A DNA stretch of 62,249 nucleotides, filler included, from Pirum gemmata (lineage: Eukaryota): the NCBI GenBank assembly GCA_002812295.1. It is 17 parts of 17 records of this genome, joined end to end, with 100 filler letters (N's around TTAATTAATTAA, not from the genome) between each part and the next. Parts side by side here need not be neighbours in the genome. Positions count along the whole stretch, not along the records: positions 58,849 to 62,249 come from PDIN01002616.1; 16 more parts are not named here. One strand, given 5' to 3'. The notes below the pieces were generated by a model. That model was not told where the DNA came from, made no database searches, and saw only the letters and a list, made by a program, of their open reading frames with translations. Below are positions 61,826 to 62,249 of the stretch, in pieces; the first letter of the stretch is position 1; each line of letters begins with the position of its first letter. The translations under genes and the position numbers were made by a program.

Positions 61826-62249
61826 TTGTGCTTTTCATTTATTTTTTCACTCCAAATATTTATTTATTTAAATTTGGTTTAATTAAATAGATAATAAAAT
61901 ATACCAAATTAAATGAAATGGATTTATAATGTATTGATTTGGTACTCTTTTTTGTATATTTTGTTATGACAAAACAACTGAAAAGCACGATATCATACTA
62001 CTAAACTATTGTCGATAGTATCGATATCCCAGGTAATATATAATATTACGCACAATTTTACGTTTATTGCGCATAAAGTGTCTATATAATATAGCCTGTG
62101 ATACAAACTTTTATTTATATATGATATCGATAAATAATATGTATTGTGCTTGTCAGTTGTTTTGTCATCATAAAATATACAATAAAGAGTACCAAATTAA
62201 TACATTATAAATCCATTTCATTTAATTTGGTATATTTTATTATCTATTT
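61826..62249. mobile_element. Two family B MITE copies in inverted orientation (61826-61992 minus; 62144 to window end plus, truncated)
   Basis: TIR and internal sequence match 26384-26573. Confidence 0.8.

Noticed and set aside
1..62249. A functional cluster linking the receptor, claudin-like, temptin, LRR and solute-binding genes
   Set aside because: Each gene lies on a different unlinked contig, so their co-occurrence is an artefact of concatenation.

Overview
This window is AT-rich eukaryotic DNA, not a prokaryotic locus, and it is not one contiguous region. It consists of 17 short contigs (mostly about 3.4 kb) joined by 16 identical artificial 100-bp linkers (N44-TTAATTAATTAA-N44), so adjacency across a linker carries no biological meaning. 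Spliceosomal GT-AG introns could be rebuilt by hand with consistent phases for four genes: an SLC38A9-like amino-acid transporter, a six-exon FAD/NAD(P)-binding monooxygenase-like gene the ORF track misses, an unknown Ala/Gly/Lys-rich protein, and oligopeptidase B. Other coding regions are a kinase-less single-pass receptor with an array of about 13 Tyr motifs, most with acidic residues upstream; a claudin-like tetraspan protein; a probably GPI-anchored temptin-domain protein; an RI-type LRR protein; and an intronless secreted family-3 solute-binding protein. Non-coding DNA is dominated by many families of short TIR elements (several with readable TSDs), dead piggyBac-like and LINE fragments, a LINE-derived tandem repeat, microsatellites, CTAG-rich palindromic tracts, and interstitial TTAGGG arrays that fill introns. 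TTAGGG repeats plus the gene content suggest an opisthokont, possibly a unicellular holozoan; this is inference only. No rRNA, tRNA or CRISPR array was seen.
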